Positions 9,721 to 18,827 of a stretch of 64,000 nucleotides of DNA are shown piece after piece; position 1 is the stretch's first letter, and each line of letters opens with the position of its first letter. The DNA is taken from contig JAOAKB010000002.1 of the NCBI GenBank assembly GCA_026413865.1, forward strand, positions 18,206 to 82,205, given 5' to 3'. This stretch comes from Nitrososphaeria archaeon. GTDB taxonomy: Archaea; Thermoproteota; Nitrososphaeria; JACIWG01. The translations under genes and the position numbers were made by a program. The notes below the pieces were generated by a model. That model searched no databases and was not told the origin of the DNA. It worked only from the letters and a program-made list of their open reading frames with translations.

Positions 9721-10476
9721 ATGATATTTAACATATTCTTTTTAGGAAATGCTGGATGTGGCAAAACAAGGTTAGCTTATGCTTTCAATAGATGGCTTAA
9801 AGGAAGAGGGTTTAAGTCTATTGTATGTAATCTTGATCCTGCCGCAGAATATTTTCCTTATACACCCGATTTTGACATTAAAGGATATGTTGATGCTAGG
9901 AAGCTTATGGTTGAAGAGGGTCTTGGTCCTAATGGGGCAATACTTTCTAGTGTTGACCGAATGCTTAAAATGTTTAGAGTCTGGTTTAATGATATTCTAA
10001 ATTATGATGTTGATTTCAGAATCTTTGATACACCAGGACAGCTTGAGATACTTCTTTACAGGAATAGTGCTATATCTATTATAAGCAAGATTGGAGAGAA
10101 GGGAAGAAATGTTGGCGTATTTCTGGTTGAAGCTAAGCTTGTTAGGGACCCTGTTTCTTTAACTGTTTTATTAATGCAGGCTAATATTACAAAGGTTAGG
10201 CTTGATATGCCAACAGTTCTTGTAATAAGCAAATCTGATTTGAAGCTAAGGAATGATTTGGAAATGCTTTTGTCTAATAGCGAGTACCTTGAGAATAGGG
10301 TTGTTGTGGAAGGTGTTGGTGGCCAGAAGAGTGCTGCAATTTTGCTCTGTAAGGCTTTGGCTCAAATGCCTTGGCGTCAGAGAATCATTAAAGTTTCTTC
10401 TTCAAAGAGGAGTGGTTTTAAGAACCTTTACGAGATTATTAATGAGGCTATGTGTGTCTGTGGCGATTTAACATAA
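9721..10476 (+). CDS. GPN-loop GTPase
   Basis: GNAGCGKT, NLDPA, GLGPNG, DTPGQLE, SKSD, C-terminal CVCGDLT. Confidence 0.9.
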   Translation: MIFNIFFLGNAGCGKTRLAYAFNRWLKGRGFKSIVCNLDPAAEYFPYTPDFDIKGYVDARKLMVEEGLGPNGAILSSVDRMLKMFRVWFNDILNYDVDFRIFDTPGQLEILLYRNSAISIISKIGEKGRNVGVFLVEAKLVRDPVSLTVLLMQANITKVRLDMPTVLVISKSDLKLRNDLEMLLSNSEYLENRVVVEGVGGQKSAAILLCKALAQMPWRQRIIKVSSSKRSGFKNLYEIINEAMCVCGDLT

Positions 10477-10478
10477 GA

Positions 10479-11261
10479 CTATTTTTGGAAAACTTTTTGA
10501 AAGAATTCTATTGTACGATTAATAGCCTGCCATTGCCAATCCCACTTATTAAACGTATGGTCTGAACCTTCTATGTAATATTTTTCTTTTGGTTCTAGAG
10601 CATTTTCGTAGAGTTTTTCAGCATGTGTTATTGGTACAAGCTGGTCTTTAGTTCCGTGAATTATTAAAATTGGCCTTGGAGAAATTTTTGAAACACTTTT
10701 TAGAACATTATGCTTTAGCGCATCTATAACAAACTTTCTTCCTATCCTATCCCCTGTAGGCAAGTCAATATACGATTTTAAAAGAATTCTGTTTAAGCTC
10801 ATTTCTCCAAACATGTTCTTAATACTTGATTCCATTTCCCTCAAATCTCCTGGACTACTCCATGTACAGACAGCCTTAATTCTTTCATCATCAGCAGCCT
10901 TTAAAATAGATATAACACCACCTAAACTTAATCCTATGACACCAATCTTATCTTTCAAGACCTCATTCCTGGTATAGAGGAAGTCTAGTGCACTACCCAA
11001 ATCTTTGACTTCGTCTGAAATTGTTATCGAATCATATGAGCCCTCACTTTCACCACAGCCTCTAAAATCAAACCTTAGCACAGCAAATCCTTTTTTACAT
11101 AATTCTCTTGCAGCGTAAACGAATAGGCGATGAGCTTCAATTCTGTTTCCAGTGAAACCATGACATAATATTATTGATGGAGCAGGAATTTTATCTGGCA
11201 CGTGAAGCATGCCAGCTACCTTTTCACCTTCACTTAGAAAAGTTACAAAAATTTCTTCCAT
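10479..11261 (-). CDS. Alpha/beta hydrolase
   Basis: HGFTG, FDFRGCGES, GLSLGG nucleophile elbow, HGTKD, DHTF. Confidence 0.9.
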   Translation of the reverse strand: MEEIFVTFLSEGEKVAGMLHVPDKIPAPSIILCHGFTGNRIEAHRLFVYAARELCKKGFAVLRFDFRGCGESEGSYDSITISDEVKDLGSALDFLYTRNEVLKDKIGVIGLSLGGVISILKAADDERIKAVCTWSSPGDLREMESSIKNMFGEMSLNRILLKSYIDLPTGDRIGRKFVIDALKHNVLKSVSKISPRPILIIHGTKDQLVPITHAEKLYENALEPKEKYYIEGSDHTFNKWDWQWQAINRTIEFFQKVFQK

Positions 11262-11337
11262 AAATAGAACTTCTTTTTAGATAAATAAAAAGTTTTTGCA
11301 AACATTTAAAATAGCGTATTTTAATAGAATATAGTGT

Positions 11338-12459
11338 ATGAAGATTGCATTTCTTAGAAGTTTTACTTTAAAGAAAAGCGATTCTATGGCAACGGATATG
11401 ATAGGCTATGGTGCTACAATACCAGATGCAATTGTAGAAGAAATGCGAAAAAAGGGTGTTGAAGTTATCGACATAATTCCTTATGTTGAAGAGACTTCAC
11501 CAACAGTTTCTAAGCTTCAATGGATTTACGAGGGCTATAAGCAGTTAATTGATATTATATCAAAGGATAATTTTGACTACATCTTTATATTCCATATATT
11601 TCACCATTTTCCAAGTGAAATAAAGAGAATTTTATGTGATTTTAAAAGCAAGATAAGGTTATGTGGATACACGCATGGAAGCCACTGGAATCCTACAGAT
11701 GTCTTCAGGTTCATAAACTATCCTGACATGGAGATAACGGATTTAGCAAATCTATATGTTATGGACATGATATTTCAGGTTTCAGAATATGCTGTTAAGG
11801 TTATGGATGATGAAATTAGAAAATTTAATGAAAACATAGCTAGAAAGTTGTATGAGAAGTATAGGGTTGTAGGCTTACCAATTAATGCTAAACTTATAGA
11901 AAGATATAGAACTGACAAAAAATTCGAAAAACTCACTATAGTATTTAATCATAATCTTATTTCAAGCAAAAATCCTATAATGTTTGTAAGAGTAATGGAT
12001 AAACTTTTAAAAAAGTATGATATTCAAGTAATTTTCACTCGAAGCATTTGTGACGACATGCAAATTGACTTAGCGCTAAAAGATTTTAAGAAAAAATATT
12101 CTGATAAAGTGTTTTTTATAGAAAAACCTGGGGCAGACCCATATTATCCTATATTATGGAAATCACATATACAAGTTTCTACTGCAACACATGAAACATT
12201 TGGAGTAGCAACCGTTGAAGCAATGTATACAGGAAACTGTTGTATACTTCCAAACCATTGTAGTTATCCAGAAATAACAAGAGGATATGAAGAATGTCTT
12301 TACGAGTATAATGAGGAAGAGCTTTACAGAAAACTTGTTTATGTAATAGAAAATGAAAATATAAGAAGAAAGATTGGAGACGAATTGAGCAAGAGAGCAA
12401 AAACATATGTTCCTGAAACTGTTGTCTCAAAGATAGTTGATTATATGGAAAAATTTTAG
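11338..12459 (+). CDS. GT-B glycosyltransferase (GT4-like)
   Basis: HETFGVATVEA (E-x7-E) motif, KNP, SYPEI. Confidence 0.85.
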   Translation: MKIAFLRSFTLKKSDSMATDMIGYGATIPDAIVEEMRKKGVEVIDIIPYVEETSPTVSKLQWIYEGYKQLIDIISKDNFDYIFIFHIFHHFPSEIKRILCDFKSKIRLCGYTHGSHWNPTDVFRFINYPDMEITDLANLYVMDMIFQVSEYAVKVMDDEIRKFNENIARKLYEKYRVVGLPINAKLIERYRTDKKFEKLTIVFNHNLISSKNPIMFVRVMDKLLKKYDIQVIFTRSICDDMQIDLALKDFKKKYSDKVFFIEKPGADPYYPILWKSHIQVSTATHETFGVATVEAMYTGNCCILPNHCSYPEITRGYEECLYEYNEEELYRKLVYVIENENIRRKIGDELSKRAKTYVPETVVSKIVDYMEKF

Positions 12460-12529
12460 AAAAAGAGAACATCACTTTTATAAAATATTTAAATATAACC
12501 TTATATCATCTATTTTATTGTAGATAATT

Positions 12530-13162
12530 ATGGAAGTTGATAAAATTTATCAACTTGCTATGGAATTTAAACCTTTTGAAGTCGAAAACGAGGTGAAAAG
12601 GCTTCTTTCTGAAGGTGTGGATCCAGAACTAATTTTAATACAACTTCGTAAAGCTATGATAGATGCCTGTGAAAGGTTTGGTAAAGAGTTTGCATTACCG
12701 CAACTTTCTGCAATAATAGCTGCCTTTAACATGGGATACAATATCTTGAAGGATAAAGTAAAGGTGAATGTGAAGGGTAAAATTCTTATGGGTACACTTG
12801 GTTCAATGCATTATATTGGCAAGGATATTATTAAGGTTCTTTACATGGCTGATGGATTTGAAGTTATAGACTTGGGTGAAAACCTGATGGCAGAAAATTT
12901 TATAAAAGGAATTATAGAACATATGCCTCATTTAGTTGGAATTTCAATGTTTTTAACTAATGCGATTTTTGAGCTTGGTAAGATTGTAGATTTCTTGGAA
13001 AAGGAGGGCTTAAGGGATAGGGTTAAAGTTATAGTTGGAGGAGTTCAAGGTAATAGGTATATTGCGGAAAAGTATCGTTTAGACGGTTGGGGACATGATC
13101 CTAAAACTGCTTTAGAACTTGCTAATAGACTTGTTTCGGAGGCGCGTGCAAAATATGGCTGA
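12530..13162 (+). CDS. Corrinoid (B12-binding) protein, MtaC/MtbC-like
   Basis: Cap domain plus MHYIGKDII, GFEVIDLG, VGIS, KVIVGG. Confidence 0.85.
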   Translation: MEVDKIYQLAMEFKPFEVENEVKRLLSEGVDPELILIQLRKAMIDACERFGKEFALPQLSAIIAAFNMGYNILKDKVKVNVKGKILMGTLGSMHYIGKDIIKVLYMADGFEVIDLGENLMAENFIKGIIEHMPHLVGISMFLTNAIFELGKIVDFLEKEGLRDRVKVIVGGVQGNRYIAEKYRLDGWGHDPKTALELANRLVSEARAKYG

Positions 13163-14273
13163 AGTAACAGGTCTTGAAAGAGCCTTAACATACTTACGTG
13201 GTGAAAAACCTGATAAGATGCCGATATGGTTAGAGTCTGTCTATTTGGCTTGGCAATATTCTGGCACATCAAGCCTAAAAGAATACATTTACGACTCTAA
13301 GGCAATAGCTTTAGGACATATCAGGGTAGCTGAAAAGTTTAGGGTAGACATTACTGGCGTTAACACTGACCAATGGGTTATGTACGAAATATTGGGTGCA
13401 GAGGTTGAAATTTTAGACCATGTTGTTCAAGCAAAGATACCACCCTGGCGTTACAGGCCTGACAGAAGCGTTTACGACAGATTTTTTGAGAAGGTTGAAA
13501 GAATTGAAAAGAATTTGAGTGAATTTGATCCAAGAAGATGTAGGAGAGCGAAGACACTATTTGACGCCTGGAAGATTGTAGCGGAAAAGATTGGGAAGAA
13601 AGTTCTTTTGAGACAAGGAATTCTTGGACCAGCTGCAACGTTAGCGCTTACAATTGGAATGACAGAGGTTATGAGGGATGTTATGATATTTCCAGACCTT
13701 ATGGGTACTTTAACTAGAATGGTTAGGGGGCCTTTGATGGAATGGACTGTTGATGTAGCCTATAAGATGGTTGAGGCTGTAAACTTTACGAATTTTTGTA
13801 TGGGATTCAGTGGCTATGATAGGTCTCTTTTAAATCCTGAGTTAAGAGAATGGCTTGCCCAACTAGATTTAGAATACTTGAGTAAGGTTAGAGAAAGGAT
13901 AGGCAATGATGTGCCTATAACGACTCACGTATGCAGTTGGGACCCAGACTTAGACTTTATTTATGAAAAATTCGGTAAACCTAAGCTCATTAACGAACTA
14001 CAATTTTATGCTCCAGGTTCAACATATCCTCTTGAAAGGGCTGTTGAAAAATTTGGGGACAAGATTCCATTATGCGCTGGAATAGACCATCTGGGACCAC
14101 TTTTTACAGGTACACCGGATGATGTTGAAATGATGGTCAAACATTCTATAGAATTGGGTAGAAATTGTATAAGTTTCGCTTTAGGTCCAGGATGTGGTTT
14201 AAGTCCAAATACACCAGAAGAAAATCTTCTAAAAATTTCAGAAGCTAGAGACAAGTATGGAAGGTATAGGTGA
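13155..14273 (+). CDS. Methylcobamide methyltransferase-like (MtaA/URO-D family)
   Basis: GEKPDKMP, GPAAT, THVC (HxC), GTPDDV, GPGCGL. Overlaps the corrinoid gene by 8 nt. Confidence 0.8.
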   Translation: MAEVTGLERALTYLRGEKPDKMPIWLESVYLAWQYSGTSSLKEYIYDSKAIALGHIRVAEKFRVDITGVNTDQWVMYEILGAEVEILDHVVQAKIPPWRYRPDRSVYDRFFEKVERIEKNLSEFDPRRCRRAKTLFDAWKIVAEKIGKKVLLRQGILGPAATLALTIGMTEVMRDVMIFPDLMGTLTRMVRGPLMEWTVDVAYKMVEAVNFTNFCMGFSGYDRSLLNPELREWLAQLDLEYLSKVRERIGNDVPITTHVCSWDPDLDFIYEKFGKPKLINELQFYAPGSTYPLERAVEKFGDKIPLCAGIDHLGPLFTGTPDDVEMMVKHSIELGRNCISFALGPGCGLSPNTPEENLLKISEARDKYGRYR

Positions 14274-14294
14274 AAGATTCTAGGTTGATCGATT

Positions 14295-15626
14295 TTGCCA
14301 CTTATTGGTAGATTTAGTGGGAAAAAAGAGAAGATCTCCTATAGTCTAGGTGCATTTGGAGAGTCACTGATATTCGCTATTATTGCAACTTACCTAACAT
14401 ACTTTTATATTGATATTGTTCATCTTGATGCTATTTTAGTTGGAATAGGTTATATGACAGCTTATGGTATATGGAATTCAATAAACGATATGATAGCAGG
14501 ATACCTTTCTGATAGAACAAAAAGTAGTTGGGGGCGAAGGATACCATACGTTCTTTTCTTTTCACCTTTAATGATCTTACTCTTTACTTTGATGTGGTCT
14601 CCTCCACTTGGAGGACAAGCATTATCTGACCCTACAAATTTCTATATATTTGGATATTTTATATTAGTTGTATTTTCTTTTGAGTTTGTTTACACATTAG
14701 TTGATGTTGGATGGAATGCACTTTTTCCAGAAATGTATACTAGCTTAAGTGAAAGAAGTGAGGTTGCAGTTTATAGGCAGGTTTTTGCAACAATAGGAGT
14801 AATAATAACCTTTATTCTCGCACCACAGATTATAACACAATTTACTAAAATTTTTGGACAATTTCAAGGATGGATTATTGTTGGTTTAACATTAGGCTTC
14901 ATGGGAGGATGCTCATTTCTTCTTTCACTTTTAGGAAGCAAGGAAAAAAAGGAGTATGTGGCTAAAGGATCTTTACCAATCAAAGAAACATTTCTGATAA
15001 CCTTCAAGAACAAATCATTTATTACAGCAGCATTTCTAATCCTAACCACAAGCTGGATTTGGAGTATGTTAGAGGCTATGACACCATTTATTGTAAAACA
15101 TTTTTTGGGAGGAGATATTGGCGATATAACGATAGTTGGCGCACCAATGATAATCTGTCCAATATTATTTTATCCCGTTTGGAGAAAAATTTGTGTAAAA
15201 TTTGGTTCCAGAATCACACTTGCTCTTGCCACAATATTGATGACTTCAGGACTACTTGTTCTAACACTTTGGGCACACTCTATAATAGAAGGAGTAATTT
15301 TAACAGCCTTTTTCGGCGCAGTAAATGGTGGTGTACAACTTTCTAGGGAACTTTTGATACCTGATGTAATAGACGAGGATGCAATGAAGACAGGTTTTAG
15401 AAGGGAGGGCGTATATTATGGTGCTCGCACTTTTGTAGACAGATTTGCTCTAGCACTCACTGGATTAGGTACCGCTTTTATCTTTGGATTAAGTGGGTAT
15501 GTTGCAGGCGAAGTACAGTCAATTGAAGTTATTTGGAGTATGCGTTTAGGAATGGCATTTATTATAATTGTTGCATTAAGTGTTTTCCTTATTGCAGTAA
15601 AATATTATCCTCTAGGAAGAAAATAA
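14295..15626 (+). CDS. MFS transporter, GPH (MelB-like) family
   Basis: NDMIAGYLSDRTKSSWGRRIPY, ALFPEM, PDVIDED, RREGVYYG. Confidence 0.9.
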   Translation: MPLIGRFSGKKEKISYSLGAFGESLIFAIIATYLTYFYIDIVHLDAILVGIGYMTAYGIWNSINDMIAGYLSDRTKSSWGRRIPYVLFFSPLMILLFTLMWSPPLGGQALSDPTNFYIFGYFILVVFSFEFVYTLVDVGWNALFPEMYTSLSERSEVAVYRQVFATIGVIITFILAPQIITQFTKIFGQFQGWIIVGLTLGFMGGCSFLLSLLGSKEKKEYVAKGSLPIKETFLITFKNKSFITAAFLILTTSWIWSMLEAMTPFIVKHFLGGDIGDITIVGAPMIICPILFYPVWRKICVKFGSRITLALATILMTSGLLVLTLWAHSIIEGVILTAFFGAVNGGVQLSRELLIPDVIDEDAMKTGFRREGVYYGARTFVDRFALALTGLGTAFIFGLSGYVAGEVQSIEVIWSMRLGMAFIIIVALSVFLIAVKYYPLGRK

Positions 15627-15675
15627 AAATAGTTTCAATATCCCCTTATATTTGTTGATAATAATTTAAAATTTT

Positions 15676-17052
15676 TTAGCCTAACATTGTTGTAGGATTG
15701 AGAATGTTATTTGGGTCAAAGAGTTTCTTGATTCCAGATAAAAGTTCTATAACCTTCGGATCCACATACTTATAGAATTCCTTTACTCTCGCCTTACCAA
15801 CCCCATGCTCGCCAGTAATAACACCACCCAAATTTAGTGTAGCCTCATATATTTCGTTCCTTATCTTTTCACAGTTTTCAAGGTCTTTCCTTAAAATATG
15901 TGGATGTATGTTTCCATCACCAGCATGACCGTAGGCGGGTATTTCAGTATTATATTTTGAAGCTATCCTATCAAGCTCGTCGGCAAGTTTTCCCATTTGA
16001 GCTGGTGGAACGGTAACATCGAGCACATCTGAAGAGAGAGGCTTTAATGCTGCTAGAACATTTTTTCTAATCTTCCAAACCCTATTTTCTTCACTTCCTT
16101 CAGCTATTCTAGGTTCTAGACTATTATGTTCTAAACAGAAGTCGCTTGCCTTTTCTGCTTCACTAAAAACAATATCTTTTTTTCCAGCCAACTGTATAAG
16201 TAAAAGCACAGGACCAGGAATATCAGTATACCATGTTTCACCCAAATCTTTTGCAGAAATATCCATACACTTGTTCTCCACATACTCGAGCGAGAGTGGT
16301 TCTATTCCACTAGATAGTATTGGTGCTACCGCACTGAAAGCATCATGCCTATTATTGAATGGAACAAGAAGTGTTAACTGATATTCTGGCTTAGGCAAGA
16401 GCTTTACAGTAGTCTTTGTAACTATTCCAAGTATTCCTCCACTTCCAACAATCAATTGGATAAGGCTTGATGTAACATTATCCTTTATAAGTTTACCACC
16501 TAAATTTAATATTTCACCTGTGGGTAGAACAACTTCCAAACCCTTAACATGATGTCTCATAACACCATGCTTTACAGCCCTAGCACCACCAGAATTGTTT
16601 ACGGTTATAGCACCCATAGAAGCCTGCTCGTTTGCAGGATAGGGTGGAAAGATGAATCCAGCTGAAGTAACTATCCGCCCAAACTCCTCTAAAGTAACAC
16701 CCGGCTCAACCAAAGCCATCATGTTATCCTTGTCTATGATAACATTCTTCATCCTCTCCAAAGAGATTATGATACCATCTTTTGTTGGAACAGCTGCAGC
16801 TACAACACCAGTCCCTCCACCCCTTGGATAAATGGGTATCCTTTTTTCATTTGCAAGTTTAACTATCTTTGAAACCTGCTCTGTACTTATAGGTTTTACA
16901 ACAATACAGTTTGTTGAAGGCTTTATCGAACTTGCAACAAAAGTTTCATCATACAAGTATGGTTCAATCTGCTCCTTTTTAGACAACACATAATCCTTTC
17001 CAACAATATTTTCAAGCTCCAAAATCAAACTATTAGGAAACGTCATAAACAA
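15676..17052 (-). CDS. FAD-linked 2-hydroxyacid oxidoreductase (GlcD/D-lactate dehydrogenase family)
   Basis: PRGGGTG, GHAGDGNIH, GEHGVG, FDPNNILNP. Confidence 0.9.
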   Translation of the reverse strand: MFMTFPNSLILELENIVGKDYVLSKKEQIEPYLYDETFVASSIKPSTNCIVVKPISTEQVSKIVKLANEKRIPIYPRGGGTGVVAAAVPTKDGIIISLERMKNVIIDKDNMMALVEPGVTLEEFGRIVTSAGFIFPPYPANEQASMGAITVNNSGGARAVKHGVMRHHVKGLEVVLPTGEILNLGGKLIKDNVTSSLIQLIVGSGGILGIVTKTTVKLLPKPEYQLTLLVPFNNRHDAFSAVAPILSSGIEPLSLEYVENKCMDISAKDLGETWYTDIPGPVLLLIQLAGKKDIVFSEAEKASDFCLEHNSLEPRIAEGSEENRVWKIRKNVLAALKPLSSDVLDVTVPPAQMGKLADELDRIASKYNTEIPAYGHAGDGNIHPHILRKDLENCEKIRNEIYEATLNLGGVITGEHGVGKARVKEFYKYVDPKVIELLSGIKKLFDPNNILNPTTMLG

Positions 17053-17153
17053 TCGTATAATGGTTTAACATGCTTATAAGATAAAGGTTTTGCTGTAACA
17101 AAAATTTTTTATATAATACTACTATAATAATTTAATGCGATGGTGACTTAGGC

Positions 17154-17549
17154 ATTAGAAGAAAATCTTATCCACTGTCTCTGATTTTAGTTTTTATTGC
17201 AACTTTTTCTTTAGCCATAAGAAAGTATTTAGAAAATGATCCAATTTTTGCTATATTCAGCTGGTTTTCGGCTTCAGTATGCACTTACATGATAACCGCC
17301 TTTTTGGAAAGTAAAGGAATATTTTTGAACCAAAAGATAATTTTGTCGATTATCCTTTTTGTCACATTAGGTGGAGGTATAGTAGCTAACTTCTACATTT
17401 TTGTTAATTGTAATGTATTTTTTATAAGGATATTTTCTCTATCAATATTGCTTCTAATAGCTTTAGTTTACAGCATTGGCATAATAGCATATTTAATGGG
17501 AAGAAGAGGGTGGTCTAAGAAAATTTTAGACTGGATATTAAACAAATAA
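17154..17549 (+). CDS. Small multi-TM hypothetical membrane protein (start uncertain)
   Basis: The frame is open from 17136 and hydrophobic well upstream of the first ATG (17289). GGTGA lies at 17142-17146. Confidence 0.5.
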   Translation: MRRKSYPLSLILVFIATFSLAIRKYLENDPIFAIFSWFSASVCTYMITAFLESKGIFLNQKIILSIILFVTLGGGIVANFYIFVNCNVFFIRIFSLSILLLIALVYSIGIIAYLMGRRGWSKKILDWILNK

Positions 17550-17579
17550 AATCTATTATTTTAATGTTTATATAATTTT

Positions 17580-17595
17580 GAAAAATCTTTATAAG
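17580..17595 (+). promoter_or_regulatory. BRE/TATA promoter of the acidic micro-ORF
   Basis: gaaaaatcTTTATAAG, ending about 30 nt before the ATG at 17626. Confidence 0.6.
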
Positions 17596-17625
17596 CAAGA
17601 AACTTTAAGACCTCCAACGAACCTT

Positions 17626-17724
17626 ATGGAAGAAGAGTTCGAAGAAGAATTTGAGGAGGAATTTGAGGAAGACTGGGAAGAAGAAGGATGGGAAGAAGAG
17701 TGGGAGGAAGAAGAGGAGTTTTAG
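17626..17724 (+). CDS. 32-aa ultra-acidic microprotein (MEEEFEEEFEEEFEEDWEEEGWEEEWEEEEEF)
   Basis: ATG to TAG by manual translation. Mixed GAA/GAG codons. Flanked by a TATA box and a T-tract. Confidence 0.7.
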   Translation: MEEEFEEEFEEEFEEDWEEEGWEEEWEEEEEF

Positions 17725-17730
17725 ACTAGA

Positions 17731-17750
17731 CTTTCCTCCTTTCTTTTTTT
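17731..17750 (+). terminator. Pyrimidine/T-rich archaeal terminator
   Basis: ctttcctcctttcttttttt directly after the micro-ORF stop. Confidence 0.5.
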
Positions 17751-17754
17751 AATT

Positions 17755-18747
17755 TCAGACGGTTATTGATGGTGTCGTCAGGTCTGTTATATCCGCTAAA
17801 GCTTTTCTAGTAAAGTTTATTGCTGAAATTATAGATGAGATTTTAGAAATTTCCTTTATAGACCTATTCAATGTTAGAGTTCTTATTAAGTTAATCTTTT
17901 CCTCTATAGAGTCAGATATAGTTAGTATGCTCATTTTTAAAGTAATATTTTTAGACATGTACGCTTTATAAGCTATATCAAACATTTTCTCAAAAGACAA
18001 TTTGATTTCATGCAAAACATTTGATAACCCATTATCCAATGTGATGCCTACACTATTTATAACATTCGATGCAATCATGCTAGAATAGTCGCCTATTGAT
18101 TCGATGAGGCTTGCATAAAGTCTATGGTCTAAACATTCTATTGCACTAAGGTTAAACTTTCTCATAATATCTGGGCTTTGAATTGCACTTCTAATAAGTC
18201 TAACAAAAAGAAAATACAGTCTATCAACTTCATCATCAACCTTAATAACATCTTCAGCAAGTATATTATCATGATTTAGTAGAGAGGAAAATGAGTCAAG
18301 AAACATTGTTTTAACAAGTAAACTCATCCTATTTAAAATCTTATTAGGATTCAATAAGCTTATGTCTGTAACAAACTCTACCAACATTGAATCTTTATCT
18401 TCTTCAACAATTTCTAAGCCAGCAAGTTTAGATAAGAATGTCTTAACATCCTTTCTATCACCATTTTCTATGAAAGATAAATTTACAACTTTTATTAGAT
18501 TGTAGCCTAAAAGATATGCACCAGTAATATCGTCCAAGACAGCCTTTAAACTTCTTTTCCTACAATCTACTACCGACAAATTTTCTGTAAACTTCTTTTT
18601 TGTAGAAAATAATATTAGATTACCGAATTGGTCGACCTCTAAACCCAATACGTCCCCTTTGCAGACACCATACTTTTTTACCCAATCTTTAGGTAAAGAA
18701 ATTAATAGTGTTCCTTTTCCAACTTCTTGAACCTTTCTATACTCCAT
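17755..18747 (-). CDS. AbrB-PhoU phosphate uptake regulator family
   Basis: YRKVQEVGKGTLLISLPKDW (AbrB), AYLLGY, DDEVDRLYF, ESIGDY. Confidence 0.9.
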   Translation of the reverse strand: MEYRKVQEVGKGTLLISLPKDWVKKYGVCKGDVLGLEVDQFGNLILFSTKKKFTENLSVVDCRKRSLKAVLDDITGAYLLGYNLIKVVNLSFIENGDRKDVKTFLSKLAGLEIVEEDKDSMLVEFVTDISLLNPNKILNRMSLLVKTMFLDSFSSLLNHDNILAEDVIKVDDEVDRLYFLFVRLIRSAIQSPDIMRKFNLSAIECLDHRLYASLIESIGDYSSMIASNVINSVGITLDNGLSNVLHEIKLSFEKMFDIAYKAYMSKNITLKMSILTISDSIEEKINLIRTLTLNRSIKEISKISSIISAINFTRKALADITDLTTPSITV

Positions 18748-18827
18748 ATAACTATAAATATTCTATATACCTATTTAAGTTTTCTATAGAAAATATTGAT
18801 ATGCAATTTTTTAGGGGATATAAGAAT

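Noticed and set aside
12530-14273. Evidence for methanogenesis
   Set aside because: No mcr, mtr or substrate-specific MT1 gene is in the window, and such pairs are common in non-methanogens.
17629-17721. GAA-rich tract interpreted as a simple microsatellite
   Set aside because: Variation falls on synonymous positions and on in-frame Phe/Trp codons between an ATG and a TAG, which fits coding better.
17626-17724. Acidic peptide as a LysW-like carrier because of EDW
   Set aside because: It has no Zn-ribbon cysteines and no terminal EDWGE.
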